A stretch of DNA of 64,000 nt, taken from the NCBI GenBank assembly GCA_964016885.1, contig OZ024760.1, positions 23,436,001-23,500,000 on the forward strand, in the 5' to 3' direction. The position numbers and the translations under genes are program-made. Each line of letters begins with the position of its first letter. Position 1 is the first letter of the stretch. This document shows positions 39,779 to 55,029 of this stretch, piece after piece. The notes under the pieces are model-generated. The model was not told the DNA's origin, did not search any database, and saw nothing but the letters and a program-made list of their open reading frames with translations. The stretch is from Eledone cirrhosa (taxonomy: Eukaryota).

Positions 39779-39852
39779 TTTTTTTTTTTTTTTTTTTTTT
39801 TTTTATTGTGCAATGGCCATACTCGATAACGAGGGGGCAGCCATCATGTATG
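35654..39852 (+). mobile_element. Near full-length RTE LINE (5' UTR, ORF, 3' UTR)
   Basis: 35690-35950 and 39807-39850 closely match the short derivative at 34129-34445, which defines the UTRs. The 3' end is GTGCAATGGCCATACTCGATAACGAGGGGGCAGCCATCATGTATG. No clear TSD seen. Confidence 0.9.
36065..39610 (+). CDS. Intact RTE-clade non-LTR retrotransposon ORF: APE endonuclease + reverse transcriptase + three C2H2 zinc fingers
   Basis: 1181 aa, no stops. EN motifs GCWNVRTL, DIVALSETR, LGDFNARVG, HLLDYVLV, TDHRLV. RT motifs NYRGISLLS, QSGFR, FVDLTKAFD, GVKQG, YADD, YLGS. RTE-type LRWSGHLARM..RIPKQLFYGEL. Fingers CSVC..HLRSH, CQTC..HAKVH, CRLC..HIRSQH. Confidence 0.96.
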   Translation: MMFQNNVNEIIANLGSGTKKIIGNKGRGPKLSQPGPARHRAIVIEPNRAFSLGCWNVRTLLDRDSLERPERRTALVAKELRRYDLDIVALSETRLAGDGHLTEFCGEYTFFWKGRDEGTRREAGVGFAVKTVLVNKLEEFPVGISERLMSMRVPLDKGRYATLVSVYAPTMNSVDEEKLSFYHALKGVLRNIPQADKVIVLGDFNARVGRDFNTWNVIGRHGVGKCNSNGMLLLQMCEELDLCVTNTMFQQKNKFKTTWMHPASKEWHLLDYVLVRMRDRQDVRCVRVLRGAECWTDHRLVRAKVNLITKRKIRAPGVTLPKRLNAARLKDKNVKRTLEEEMQAADLGEDWPTLKKSVYDVGRRVLGLVQRKHQDWFNEKDVHIDDLLADKRRALSRYLTARPQERNTLHEELRDVKSRVRRSLSQMKDQWWSEKAGEIQTASDCNNTKLLYSLLREVYGPSSSLVTPIRSKDGKELLRDSQGILRRWREHFDDLLNQPSVVSEDFLNLIPESPVKVALAEPPTLVEVAVAISKLNSGRSPGMDGIHAELLQYGGERLLQHLHSLFGRIWANESVPEDWRDAVMVVLYKGKGNRNDCGNYRGISLLSVVGKVLCRVLLDRLLTHIADCVLPESQSGFRVGRGTTDMIFSARQLQEKCIEQGLDLYQVFVDLTKAFDTVNRDALWKVLQKLGCPDKFLALVRSFHDDMKAWVNVGGNMSEPISVKNGVKQGDIPAPTLFAIYFAMVFCVAFRNCEHGVYIRYRTSGSIFNIRRFAAKTKVFTSVIRDLLYADDCDLVAHTESDMQHILNVFSDACTALGLTVSLKKTVVMYQPAPGRQYTEPNIYVYGKRLGVVDQFVYLGSTVNRYGNLDGEISLRIRKASDAFGKLERRLWGRRDICRRTKVRVYRACVLSCLLYACETWVTYRRHLRQLERFHQMCLRRIHGVRWRDHISDVEILESSMCDSIEALVLKQRLRWSGHLARMKDSRIPKQLFYGELVKGKRPPHKPKKRYKDSLKASLKDANISADTWENIAADRNKWRKTVYEGKVAFEASRIAHEKVKRDVRKGIAVALPDGEGPPMFLTCSVCARLCLSKAGLESHLRSHKVRPVVDYQAAVGDATHHACQTCGRECKSAGGLKRHAKVHELQPQPTIPSKCFGCRLCARHFGSLAGLKSHIRSQHC

Positions 39853-40037
39853 GCCTCTTTTTCTCATAATTTTCAGTTCATTTTTTATGAGTCACTTCTG
39901 TCTGTTCGATAAAAGAGAGTATCAGTAATGTACTTGGGTCGTTATGATCGATTTTCCTCTGACGAATTGCATTCCCAATGCCCGGATAAAACACCAATAT
40001 TCATTAACAGTATATTCATTATAATAACCATTATCAA

Positions 40038-41095
40038 AAGGGTGGTGTTGCATTTGGATTATCGGTAGGGCGTTGGACAATAGTTTAGTGGCATGGAGTT
40101 ACGGCCGCTTACGTTCTGATTTAAAATCCACCTGAAGTTATTGTTGCCTTTCATTCTCAACTGGGTTGATATAATGAAGTACCAGTTACAAACTGTGGCC
40201 AATTTAATCGACTTTTTCTTCTACAATAATATTGTCCTTGTGATTATATAAAAAAATGATGAACTGCGCTGGATTGGCAATGTCGGATAATATGATTTGT
40301 AGCATAGAGCTATTGCCCTTTATATTTGAGATAGAATCCCGCCGAGGTTAGCTTTGCCTTTCATCCATACGAGGTCGCTAAAATAAAGTACCAGTTACTT
40401 ACTATGGTTGATTTAATCGACTTTCCCCTCCACAATATTGGTGCACTTGTGCCTAAATCTGAACCCATTATTATATATTAGTCACGGCGGTCACTTGGCA
40501 GAATCGTTAGAGAGTCTGACGCCATGCTTTGCAGCATATAGTTACGGCCCTTTCCATTCCTAGTTCAAATCCCGCCGAGGTTAACTTAGCCTTTCATCCT
40601 TACAGGATCGATAAAAAAAGTACCAGTAATGCACTGGGTAATTGCTGGCCTTGTGCCTGAAGTAGAAACAATTATTAGTCTGTGGACTGGCAGTATCGGT
40701 AGAGGGTCGGACGCCATGCTTTTTGCAGCAAAACGTTACGGCCCTTTATGGTCTGAGTACAAATCCCGCCGAAGTTAACTTTACCTTTCATCCTTACGGT
40801 GTCGATAATATAAAATACCAGTAATGCACTAGGATAATTGCTGGCCTTGTGCCAAAAGAAGAAATAATTATTATTATTGGTCAGTGTTGTTATTATAATA
40901 AATAGGGTGGTGGATTGGCTGTATCGGTAGAGGGTCGGACGCCATGCTTTCCAGCATAGTTACGTCCCTTTACGATCTGCGTTCAAATCCCGTCGAGGTT
41001 AACTTTGCCTTTCATCCTTACGGGGTCGATTAAATAAAGTATCAGTAATGTACTGGGTAATTGATCGCCTTGTGCCACAAGTAGAAACAAGTATT
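40038..41095 (+). mobile_element. Tandem array of five tRNA-derived SINE copies
   Basis: Head-to-tail units with A-box TGGCAGTATCGG, B-box GTTCAAATCCC and the same core and tail. Confidence 0.9.
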
Positions 41096-41564
41096 AATTC
41101 GTATTCACTTTGTCAATAATATTGCTTTATCACGTATCTGCGACAGACAAACACACACACACACACACACACACTCACACACACATACACACACACACAC
41201 AAGAACAAACACACATACACACACACATACACACACACACACATACACATACATACACACAGAGACAGACAGAGACACATGTAGATTACACCCAGACACA
41301 CACGTGTATTCATACATATTGAAATTCGTTTTCTATTCCGCCAAATTCTATACACTTCCATTCAGTGGCCATTCTTTGCCTCGCTATGATTTCGTCGTCT
41401 TATAATAAATTCACATATTTTCTTTCGTCCCCCATTTTGTATTTCATTTTATTTTTATATTTTCGCCTTTTTTGTTGCTTTTTTTCCCCCCATAAATGTA
41501 TTAATTATATATATATATATATATATTTTATATTTATATACATATATATTTATATATATATATT

Positions 41565-41638
<74 letters not shown>

Positions 41639-41643
41639 ATATT

Positions 41644-41687
<44 letters not shown>

Positions 41688-41925
41688 TTATATATATATA
41701 TATATTTATATATATATTTATATACATATATATATATTTACATATATATATATTTATTTATATATATATATTTTATATTTATATACATATATATACATAT
41801 ATTTATATATATTTATATATATATATATATATTTTATATTTATATACATATATATACATATATTTATATATATTTATATATATATATATATATTTTATAT
41901 TTATATACATATATATATATATATT

Positions 41926-41956
<31 letters not shown>

Positions 41957-42219
41957 ATATATATTTATAATTTTTTCTCTTCGTAAAAATGTTTACATTT
42001 TTTTTTTAGCATTTTTGTCGTCTGCGTAACTTTTACATATTTATGTAGTTTTTTTCCCCAATGCAATGTTTTCTAGCGTTATTAATATCAAGCTCAATCG
42101 TATTAACTCAACAAAGAATCCACAATGTCCAGCCAGGTTTTATATTCTTACTTTGCTTGTTTAGTTTACTTTACATATGGCATATTTTATATTTCATATA
42201 TTTTATTTTCCTCACGTGC

Positions 42220-42257
<38 letters not shown>

Positions 42258-42553
42258 TTGTGTGTGTATATACATACATAGAAATATATATATACATATG
42301 ATTATATATGCATATATATATACATATATATATATACATGAAAATATAATAATCACATATGTATTATTTGTATACATATATGCATACACACGAACATACA
42401 TATATATATATTATATATATTATATATGTATATGTACGATTATATACTCATATATATCATTTATATATATATGTATGATTATATACTCATATATATATCA
42501 TTTATATATATATATATATATATGTATGATTATATACTCATATATATATCATT

Positions 42554-42585
<32 letters not shown>

Positions 42586-43226
42586 ATTATATACTCATAT
42601 ATATATATCATTTATATATATATATATATGTATGATTATATACTCATATATATATATCATGTATATATATATATATATATATGTATGTATGATTATATAC
42701 TCATATATATATATCATTTATATATATGTATGATTATATACTCATATATGTATATCATTTATATATAAATGATTGATTATATATTCATATATATATATAT
42801 ATATATATATCCAATATATCCATATATACTCATATATATATATGCATATATATATCATTTACATATATATATATATATATATTTATATATGTGTGCGTGT
42901 GTCTGTGCGTCTATGTGTGTCTGTAGATTTATATGTATACATATGTTTGTGAATAAACTTTCGTTTTATTTTCTGATCCGCCATATTCCGTTCGCTTCCG
43001 TAAACTTCCGTTCATGTCCAACACGCTTCGTTCCACGTCACTTCATTCCATAATGTTTTGTTTTCGCTTAGATTTTTCATTCATTTATTTATTGATTGAT
43101 TGTTTTTTATTCGTTTTTTGCTCACTTTTTCTTCTAATTCCAATGCTGTCATGTTTTTTATCATTTTCACGTAGTTACACACGTTATTATTGCTGTTGAT
43201 GGTCGATGTTACTCTTGGTGATACCG

Positions 43227-43348
<122 letters not shown>

Positions 43349-43510
43349 TTGTGTGTCTGTGTGTGTTGGTGTGTATTATGCGTGTGCATATATATGTATC
43401 TATTTCTATATGTATGTAGAGATATGTATATATGTGTATAAATATATAGATATGTGTATGTATAGATATGTGTTTGTATATATATGTATATATATGTTTA
43501 TATATATATG

Positions 43511-43587
<77 letters not shown>

Positions 43588-43952
43588 GTATCTATATATA
43601 CATGTATGTACGTATATAATTGTATATATATATAAATACACATACACACATATATATATATGTATAAATATCTGTATGTATGCTTATATATATATATATA
43701 TATAAATACATATATATATATCTTATAAATATATGTATGTATGTTTATATATATATATATATATAAATACATATATATATATATGTATAAATATATGTAT
43801 GTATGCTTATATATATATATATATAAATACATATATATATATGTATAAATATATGTATGTATGCTTATATATATATATATATATATATATAAATACATAT
43901 ATATATATATGTATAAATATATGTATGTATGCTTATATATATATATAAATAC

Positions 43953-44018
<66 letters not shown>

Positions 44019-44066
44019 TATATGTATAAATATATGTATGTATGCTTATAAATATATGTATGTATG

Positions 44067-44104
<38 letters not shown>

Positions 44105-44105
44105 C

Positions 44106-44157
<52 letters not shown>

Positions 44158-44171
44158 TATATGTATGTATG

Positions 44172-44216
<45 letters not shown>

Positions 44217-44764
44217 TATATATATATAATATATATATATGTATGTATGCTTATATATATATATATATGTATAAATATATGTACGTATGCTTATATTATA
44301 TATTATATTTATTATATATTTATTAAAATAACTGATTATTACTATATATATATACATATTGTGTGTAGGCGGAGGTGTTTGCGTATGTTATTAGTGATTT
44401 TGCGATGTTGTACAACAGTCGTCTGCTTTCAATGAATTTATCAGCTCGGCTGTTATTAGTGTGAAATTCCACTGACACTGATACATCCCTAAACCACACA
44501 ATACAGTAAACCTGTATCAATATCTATTGTACTTTTCCTTCATTTTGTCTTCTGCCCTCATATTGCAATAACGAAGTATATGTATGTATATAATGCAGAT
44601 ATGTATTTATATATGTACGTATACTTATATATACATACAGCTAGAGATACAGATAGAAAGATTAGTAAATAGATAGAGAGTTAGATAGATAGAGGTATAG
44701 ATATATATATACAAAGATAGGTAGGTATATAGATAAGTAGATAGAGAGAGATATAGAGTAGATA

Positions 44765-45122
44765 CATTTCTTTATTAGCCACAAGGGCACACATGAATGG
44801 GACAATACAAATGGGGAGTTTACATACAGGTATATGAAAATAAGACTATTAATACAATAACAAATAACAATTGATATCCCCAATAGGGGGGAGGTGTTAC
44901 ACAGGTGTTGTACAAACCCCGAACAAATGTACAACCCTCATCTCCAGGAGCACCAAGAGTAAGTACTCCCTTCCTCTCTTCCTCTTTTTCCTCAACCTAC
45001 AGGCTTATATAGAGAGAAGGCCCAACCACTCGGGCCATCTTTGCCACATTCACCCACCTTTTATAAAATTTGCTGGGGTACAGCACCTCTCTCTCCATCC
45101 TGATTCTTCTTCCAAAATGTTA
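44765..45122 (-). mobile_element. L1/Tx1-like LINE 3' end, same family as 11750-12175
   Basis: Minus strand reads RRIRMEREVLYPSKFYKRWVNVAKMARV and ends CCCTTGTGGCTAATAAAGAAAT. Confidence 0.62.
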
Positions 45123-45409
45123 TTTGAAAAAACGATACATACATAGATAGGTAGCTATATAGATAAGTAGATAGAGAGAAATAGATAGATAGATAGATAG
45201 ATAGATAGATTCTTCGATAGATACTTAGATAGACTAATGGATATATAGATAGACAAATAGAAAAATAATGTTATATTAGAGATGTATCAATTCTGAAGAT
45301 ATATTCATTATTTTATCAGAAAATATGATGGTGCAAATGTGTCTAGTTTTGTATGTTATCTTTTCTTTATATATATTCATACGTGTGTATCAGTATGAAT
45401 GTATGTATA

Positions 45410-45463
<54 letters not shown>

Positions 45464-45481
45464 TATATATGTATATATATG

Positions 45482-45514
<33 letters not shown>

Positions 45515-45649
45515 GTATATATATGTATATATATATATGTATATATATGTATATGTATATATGTATATATATATGTATATATACATATATATGTATATAT
45601 ATATGTATATATGTGTATATATATATATACATATATATGTATATATATG

Positions 45650-45900
<251 letters not shown>

Positions 45901-45903
45901 GTG

Positions 45904-46021
<118 letters not shown>

Positions 46022-46121
46022 TATATATATATATATATGTGTCTACATGTATATATGTGTCTACATGTATATATGTGAATATCTACATGCATATATGTGT
46101 GTGTATAGATGTATACATATA

Positions 46122-46167
<46 letters not shown>

Positions 46168-46243
46168 TATGCATATATATATATATATATCTGTGTCTAC
46201 ATGTATATATGTGAATATCTACATGCATATATGTGTGTGTATA

Positions 46244-46288
<45 letters not shown>

Positions 46289-46568
46289 TTATACTTATAA
46301 ATGTCTGCCTGTTATTAAATGTAGAACATAAAGAACATTCTAACGTCTAACGGAAGGGCAGTGTTGCCCAATGATATATTTATCCTACCTAAACAATAAA
46401 TAAATGAACAAACAAGAGGGGGGGGTGCATAATGATTGATGTGATAAGAAATCAGATTACATCCACTGTTCCTCCTCACCCGTACAACGAATCTCTCATA
46501 TTTTAACGTTTACTTGACATTTCCTTCAAGTCCAGTTTTATATATTGCACATATCTGTGTATATATGT

Positions 46569-46603
<35 letters not shown>

Positions 46604-46786
46604 GTTTTAATATAGATGAGATTCTACAGGACTAGAACTGTTTCATTCTTTAGAAATCGTGTTGATTTCTAAAGAATGAAACAGTTCTAGTCCTGTAGAA
46701 TCTCGTCTATATTAAAACTGTTATACTCTGCAATGTATTGAGTACCTTACTTACTGTGGTTACCTCCGATTCAACCCGGAATAACG

Positions 46787-46832
<46 letters not shown>

Positions 46833-46875
46833 CTGTGTTTGTGTGTGTTTGTGCCTGCGTGTGTACGAATATATT

Positions 46876-46926
<51 letters not shown>

Positions 46927-47158
46927 GGACCTGATATGCTTATCTAAAACAATTTTTTTCCAATTCCAGAGCACCTATCCCTTCTATCTATCTAATTTCC
47001 CATTCTTTCTTCTGATGAATGACTAGCTAAAGAAAGACCCTCTTCCTGCTATTTCAAGCGTTAACATACTATATCCCATTCACATGCAGTAGCAATTGTG
47101 TCGTTATTTCTGTTTAACTTTTACACACACATACACGCACACACACAGACACACATAT

Positions 47159-47207
<49 letters not shown>

Positions 47208-47890
47208 AGAACTGCCTCAACCTTTGCCTGACCACAACTATTCCACGCTCACGCGCGTTCTACACTGTTGTTCAGCTGTACGCACACGATAAACAATACA
47301 GACCGCCTGTTGTCCCATACTGCCTAAAAACTGTTCGCCTCGGAAAACCCCCAGTTGATGAATGCGAAATCCGAAATATAGGGAAAATTAAATCACTTCC
47401 AAGATAACTCTATCTCGTGTTATTCTTCTTACATCTCTCTCTTTACCACCTGATTCTGTTGCCCGGAGATCTACCCATCTGCATTGTTGAGGCTACCAAA
47501 ACGACCACAATATGTCAAGGAAACTTCAACACTCTCTTATATATATATTTCATTTTTTTTTCTTATTTTTTTCTTTCTTTCTCTCTCTCCGCTATTGCCG
47601 CTTTTTCCTCTTTGTTTTCCATTATAACGTGTTGATAATAAGTTATGACCGCACGACGGATAGATGTATCGTCTATAATGCGCTGAAAAATCTGTGACCT
47701 GTCGTAGACAACTGATGTAGGGTAAATGTCTATAACAGTCATTATCAGTAATCACGGAACCTCGATCCTCTCAATCGACACACTCACACACACACACGCA
47801 CATACACAAGCGCACACAAGTCTGTCTTAAGCCAGAAGGCTCATTTGGCCGGTGCTTATCCCAGTTTCATGGTTTTGAAGCGACTGAGAG

Positions 47891-47976
<86 letters not shown>

Positions 47977-48747
47977 GATATATATATGCGTATCTGTGTG
48001 TATATATAATCACATACCTATCTATATAGATACCATACATACATACATACATGAGTGTGACGTCACACACATGTAATATTCGTGCCTGTAGCATTAATGA
48101 AGGCATACATGTTTCTTTTCACTCTGTATACATATATGTGAGTGTGTCTCTGTGTAAGTTTATGGTTGTGTTACACTGACCGTGTGTGTGGTGATTGTCT
48201 GTGCGTGTGTGTGTGTTTCTTGTATATGATCCTGTCTTTGTATATGTGTTTGTGTGTGTGTGTGGGGGGGTCACTGAGTGCGTGTGTGTGTGTTTGTGTG
48301 TGTGTCTTTATATATTCCTGTGTTTGTATGTGTGTTTGTGTGTATGTATGTGTCTTTATATGTTCTTGTGTGTGTATGTGCGTGTGTCAATGTATATTTT
48401 GTGTCTGTGTGTTTCTGTGTGTCAGTATCTGTTTCTCTGTGTGTGTGGAGGGGGAATATCAAATATATAAAAAAATATATAAAATAACAATATGAAGTTG
48501 TTAACCATTTCTGTCATTAGATACAATTTAATTATTTCATCTCTCATTAATTCAACATTGAAATGAAATTAGGAAAAGGAAAAAATAATATTAACTCTTT
48601 GAAATATCGAAAAAATAATCGATTAAACATCCGAGATTTTAAATTCAATAACCTAAAGCCTACAGTAATATATATATATATATATATATATATTAGAGAG
48701 ATATAGATAGATAGATATACATATATAGATAGATCAATATAAATAGT

Positions 48748-48784
<37 letters not shown>

Positions 48785-48810
48785 ACATATAGATAGATCA
48801 TTATAAATAG

Positions 48811-48857
<47 letters not shown>

Positions 48858-48897
48858 CATATAGATAGATCGATATAAATAGTTATATATATCTATA

Positions 48898-48965
<68 letters not shown>

Positions 48966-49060
48966 CATATAGATAGATCGATATAAATAGTTATATATAT
49001 CTATATATATATATATATCTATATATATATATATACACATACATAGATCGATATAAATAG

Positions 49061-49097
<37 letters not shown>

Positions 49098-49146
49098 CAT
49101 ATAGTTAGATCGATATAAATAGTTATATATGTATATACACACACAC

Positions 49147-49195
<49 letters not shown>

Positions 49196-49598
49196 GATAG
49201 ATAGATATAAATAGTTATAGATATATATATATAGAGGGATACATTTATATATATATATATATATGTAAGCGTTATGGCGTAACGGAAGTAAAGTTTAAAA
49301 TCTCACCAGGAATAGATTCTTGGCAGTAACAGGTGCTTGTGGTCTGTCTGTTGTATGGTAATTAAATGGACATCAATGACGTGTGAAACGCTTTTTTATG
49401 TTTCATGGCTAGTCGTATGGAAATTGTGATTATCTGAAAGCTTCCAATTTGGTCCCCGAAACCCATTCTAATTTTATAACTAAAGCTGTTTGTTTTTTGA
49501 AAGTCTAACATTAATTCTACTCACAAACGCACACACATATATATATATACATATATACAGATATATACATGCATGTATATATAAATATATATGTATGT

Positions 49599-49660
<62 letters not shown>

Positions 49661-49682
49661 ACATATATATATATATATATGT

Positions 49683-49776
<94 letters not shown>

Positions 49777-49803
49777 GCATATATATATATATATATATAA
49801 AAG

Positions 49804-49854
49804 AGATTCTACAGTTCTAGAACTGTTTCATTCATGAGAAATCATCAGGAATCT
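49804..49854 (-). ncRNA. Type I hammerhead motif, family A
   Basis: AGATTC-CTGATGA-TTTCTCATGAAT-GAAA-CAGTTCTAGAACTG-TA^GAATCT. Stem III is a perfect 14-nt palindrome. Confidence 0.78.
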
Positions 49855-50140
49855 GACTGTCCAAGTTCAAGTCCTGTAGAAGCTTTTCTATATTAAAACG
49901 TTTATACTCTGCTATGTATTGAGTACCTTACTTACTGTGGTTACCTCCGAATCAACCCGGAATAAGTTATATATAGTAAGCCGTATTATTGGTTGTGTCA
50001 TACGGTCCAATAAACTTTTAAGTCCTCCACGCTTTTGTATATCTCCCATTCCATTTATCGGAACAGCTAGATGACGTAAACGGAGTATTTGTATCAAAAT
50101 AAATATCCGAAGGCATGGTATACATTTCCAATCATTGTAA

Positions 50141-50214
50141 TCACGACACATGTTTCAAAAAGAGATAGATCGATCGTGCGGCCATGATCGATTATCACTG
50201 AGCTCGTCAGGTGA
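50141..50214 (-). ncRNA. Minimal type I hammerhead motif
   Basis: TCAC-CTGACGA-[..GATAATCGATCATGGCCGCACGATCGATCTATC..]-GAAA-CATGTG-TC^GTGA. Confidence 0.72.
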
Positions 50215-50293
50215 AAATTAATTGTCTTCAAATCCTTTATATGAGGGAGAAAATTTAACGATGTTCACTCACTAGAGTTTTGTCCCCCATTTG

Positions 50294-50336
<43 letters not shown>

Positions 50337-50375
50337 TACGTACATATGTATATATATAGAGAGAGAGAGATGTTC

Positions 50376-50855
50376 ATGTCAGGTAGCTCTTCAGCGCTAC
50401 TGGTAACATGTAACCCCATACAACCTGTGCGGGGGCGTCGGCGACTAAATCGGCTACCCGACCAAGCTTGTTTGGTGCGGAGGGTGGTTTCTAGACACCC
50501 TGCGGTATGAAAAACAAATGCCGTCGAATGTCAGAGGAACTCAGGGGAGTCCCCGTTCACCTACTAAAGTTCTTTTTGTTTTTGTGGAGCGAAAGATCAT
50601 AGTCATCATAAATATATCACTCTCTGATATAAAACCTGCAAGTTTGTTTGTATCGAACGATATAGACCAGTTCTTCTTTTTTAGGTAGATGCGTTCGATT
50701 CTCAGAGAGTGGTATTGGCCCAGTCCAAAGCTTTTCCTCACTAAAACAAGCACAGGTATCGCTTGATATGTGACAATGTTTGCGATGCATTGTATTACAG
50801 GCCAGAGAAAAGTCCCTAAAAGGACTACAAAGCCAAATGCATGATGCTCATGAAT
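50376..50855 (+). mobile_element. Non-autonomous RTE derivative, degenerate
   Basis: Same hairpin-rich leader and CTCTGATATAAAACCTGC motif, with a decayed zinc-finger remnant (KSLKGLQSQMH). Confidence 0.75.
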
Positions 50856-50935
50856 CACTTTTAAACTGACCCTTCTTTGAGGCACGAGGGCAAAATTATA
50901 TTAATATTTAAAAAAGTAAAGGTGAATTTAAATAA

Positions 50936-51127
50936 GGGCGGTGGATTGGCAGTATCGGTAGAGCGTCGGACGCCATGATTTGACGCATAGAGTTATGGCC
51001 ATTGCTATTCTGAGTTCAAATGCCGCCGAGGTTAACTTTGCCTTTCATCCTTATGGGGTCGATAAAAATAAAGTACCAGTAATGCACTGATGATTTTGCT
51101 GGCCTTGTGCCAAAAGTAGAAACAAAT
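50936..51127 (+). mobile_element. tRNA-derived SINE
   Basis: Full consensus, flanked by ATTTAAATAAG repeats as a likely TSD. Confidence 0.88.
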
Positions 51128-51506
51128 ATTTAAATAAGTAAAATGGAAGTTATTTTTCATATTTTTGCACACGTCTGAAAGAATGGTCAGTTTAAAAGAG
51201 TTTCAGCCATTATTCAATGGCGGCCATGATTGGACGCCGAAAACATTGGTAGCACTTACATGTTAAGTGTATGAAACTTTGATTACACTATGTATATATA
51301 TTTACGTATATATATATATATATATATACACATATATGTATATATATATGTGTTTGTGTGTGTGTGTTAAGTGTTTCCGTTGAAAAGGTAAAGGAAATAA
51401 GAGTGCTCTATGTAGAGTACAGGGCTCTTACATAATATAATCACACATACACACACGCACGCATGCACGCGCGCGCACACATACCCACCCACACCCACAC
51501 ACACAC

Positions 51507-51601
<95 letters not shown>

Positions 51602-51619
51602 GCACCACACAGTGAAATC

Positions 51620-51977
51620 TCTTGCCGGAAAACAAGTATTTGAAGCCTGATGTAACTTGCTTAAGATACACTTTCAGTTTGAGTGCTATCGATTTCAAAT
51701 GTTCGATGACAAATGGTATTATATTATGGTTTATAGATGACATAGGTGGCAATGTCCACGTTTGTGTTACTTCAATCTTCAAGTCGAGTCCGTATAGATG
51801 GTATGTTAGATTCGTTCTGATATCTTTTTTTTATTTTGCCTATATGTTTTTTTATATTTTGCCTATTGTATTTTTTTCAAATTTTCTCTCCAGACAACTC
51901 TGTGGTCTCCTGGGATGATAACGCCAATAATCTGATATTCACGCCTATTTCTCAACATAACTAGAATATCAGGTCTG
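51620..51977 (-). mobile_element. R4/Dong-like RLE endonuclease fragment
   Basis: Minus strand reads RPDILV..IIGVIIPGDHRVV..IEVTQTW..IIPFVI. Abuts a (CAA)n tract. Confidence 0.6.
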
Positions 51978-51978
51978 T

Positions 51979-52745
<767 letters not shown>

Positions 52746-53024
52746 ATCTGTGTGTTTTGAAATGAAAATATATCTGGCTTGAATATCTGGCAGAGATGAA
52801 GTCGTTTTGTGGTGAATGGCCGCAGAATATATGGCATCTCATAAACAAAAGCAACAATACACACGTACTGCTGACATAATTAACCAGCAAAACATGGCTG
52901 CCACGACAAATAGACATGATATACCTATATACATATATCATACATACAAACAGTGTAGTCATATACATGCATATATATATTTACATCTGCACCTACATGT
53001 AAATATATATGCATGGGTGTGTAC

Positions 53025-53058
<34 letters not shown>

Positions 53059-53220
53059 ATGTATGAGTGTGTGGGTGTGTGTGTGTGTATATATATTATA
53101 TATATATATATGAATGTATGTATGGATATATATGTTTCTATGTATATATATATGTATATATATATATATATATATGAATGTATGTATGGATATATATGTT
53201 TCTATGTATATATATGTATA

Positions 53221-53255
<35 letters not shown>

Positions 53256-54019
53256 GTATGTATGTATGTATATGTATGTATGTATGTATATGTGTGTGTG
53301 TATATATATGTATGTGTATATATATGTATGTGTATATATATGTATGTGTGTATGTATATATATGTATGTGTGTATATATATGTATGTGTGTATATACATG
53401 TATGTATGTATGTATGTATATGTATGTATGTATATATATATGTATGTATATATATATATATTATCATATTGTGCATCTGTACATATATAGTTCTCTCTCC
53501 CTATATATATATATATGTATGTGTGTGTATGTGTGTGTGGGTGTGTGTGTGTATGTATATGTATATATATAGAGAGAGAGATACAGAGAGAAAGATGTGA
53601 GATATGTGTGTGTATGTATATGTATATATATATAGAGAGAGAGACAGAGAGAAAGATGTGAGATATGTGTGTGTTTATATAGAAAGGTGCATATAAATCT
53701 CTATGTGTGTGTCTACATGCTTTTGTATGTGTGTTAATACTATGTGGGGTGGGAAAATGGTTTGCCTCATGCGAATAGTGTATGGAAGTGAAACATTGGT
53801 TGTAGAAAGCATTGCGGTCTGAGTTATTCATTGATATCTATAAAGGAATGACAAGAATATTGGATATGGAACATAATATAGCCATATATATTCATCTCTA
53901 TCTCCATCCATATGTGCATATAAACACATATGCACACATATATATGTATATATTTGTGTGTGACTGTATATATTTATATATATATATATATATATGTGTG
54001 TGTTTGTATCTATATATAT

Positions 54020-54050
<31 letters not shown>

Positions 54051-54052
54051 AA

Positions 54053-54158
<106 letters not shown>

Positions 54159-54214
54159 TCAACTCTAACTCTCTCCATATATGCGTTTACACGCATATAC
54201 ACCTAAAACTATTA

Positions 54215-54246
<32 letters not shown>

Positions 54247-54315
54247 ATTTATATATATATATATATATATACATATTGACATATTGATATAGTTGTGTAT
54301 GTATATATAGATATA

Positions 54316-54374
<59 letters not shown>

Positions 54375-54589
54375 TGATATATTCACATATACATATATAT
54401 ATATAAGTGTATATATGTATTGATATATTCACATAGACATATATAAAGAATCTTGTTAAACAAATTCAGAAATATATATATTGATAAATTCATATACATA
54501 TATGTATATATAGATATATATATATATGTATATACATGTGTCTGTGTGTGGACACGTATATTTATATTTAATTCTGACAATCGTAATTA

Positions 54590-54930
54590 ATAAATCTCTC
54601 TAACGTTGGCACAAGGCCAGCAATTTTGTTGTACGTGGGATATTAACTATATCGATCCCTATAGTGGAGAAGTAATTTCATTTATCGAACACATAATGAT
54701 GAATAATAAAATTGACCTTGGTGGGATTTGAACTCTCAACTTAAAGACCCGGAACATGTACAGTTAAATTAACATAAAATAATTGTTTTTACATTTAGCA
54801 CAAGGTCAGTGAAATGAAAGAAAGGAGAAAGACGATTACCTGTACCTCAGTGCATTACTGGTACTATGTCGTATCATCCCATAAGTATGAATTTCAAGTC
54901 AAAATATGACGGTATTGTTACTTAAGGAAA
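54590..54930 (-). mobile_element. Two old SINE copies
   Basis: GGCACAAGGCCAGCAA..GGGATTTGAACTC, diverged. Confidence 0.65.
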
Positions 54931-55029
54931 GCAATAAAGAATGGCATGATGCTGAATGAAAACAAAAGCAATATATACAAACACACTCACACACCGACCA
55001 AAATTAAATGTGGAATGATACGCGGTGTG

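Noticed and set aside
40485-41095. tRNA genes suggested by A/B boxes
   Set aside because: No cloverleaf or acceptor stem; each is followed by a SINE body and tail.
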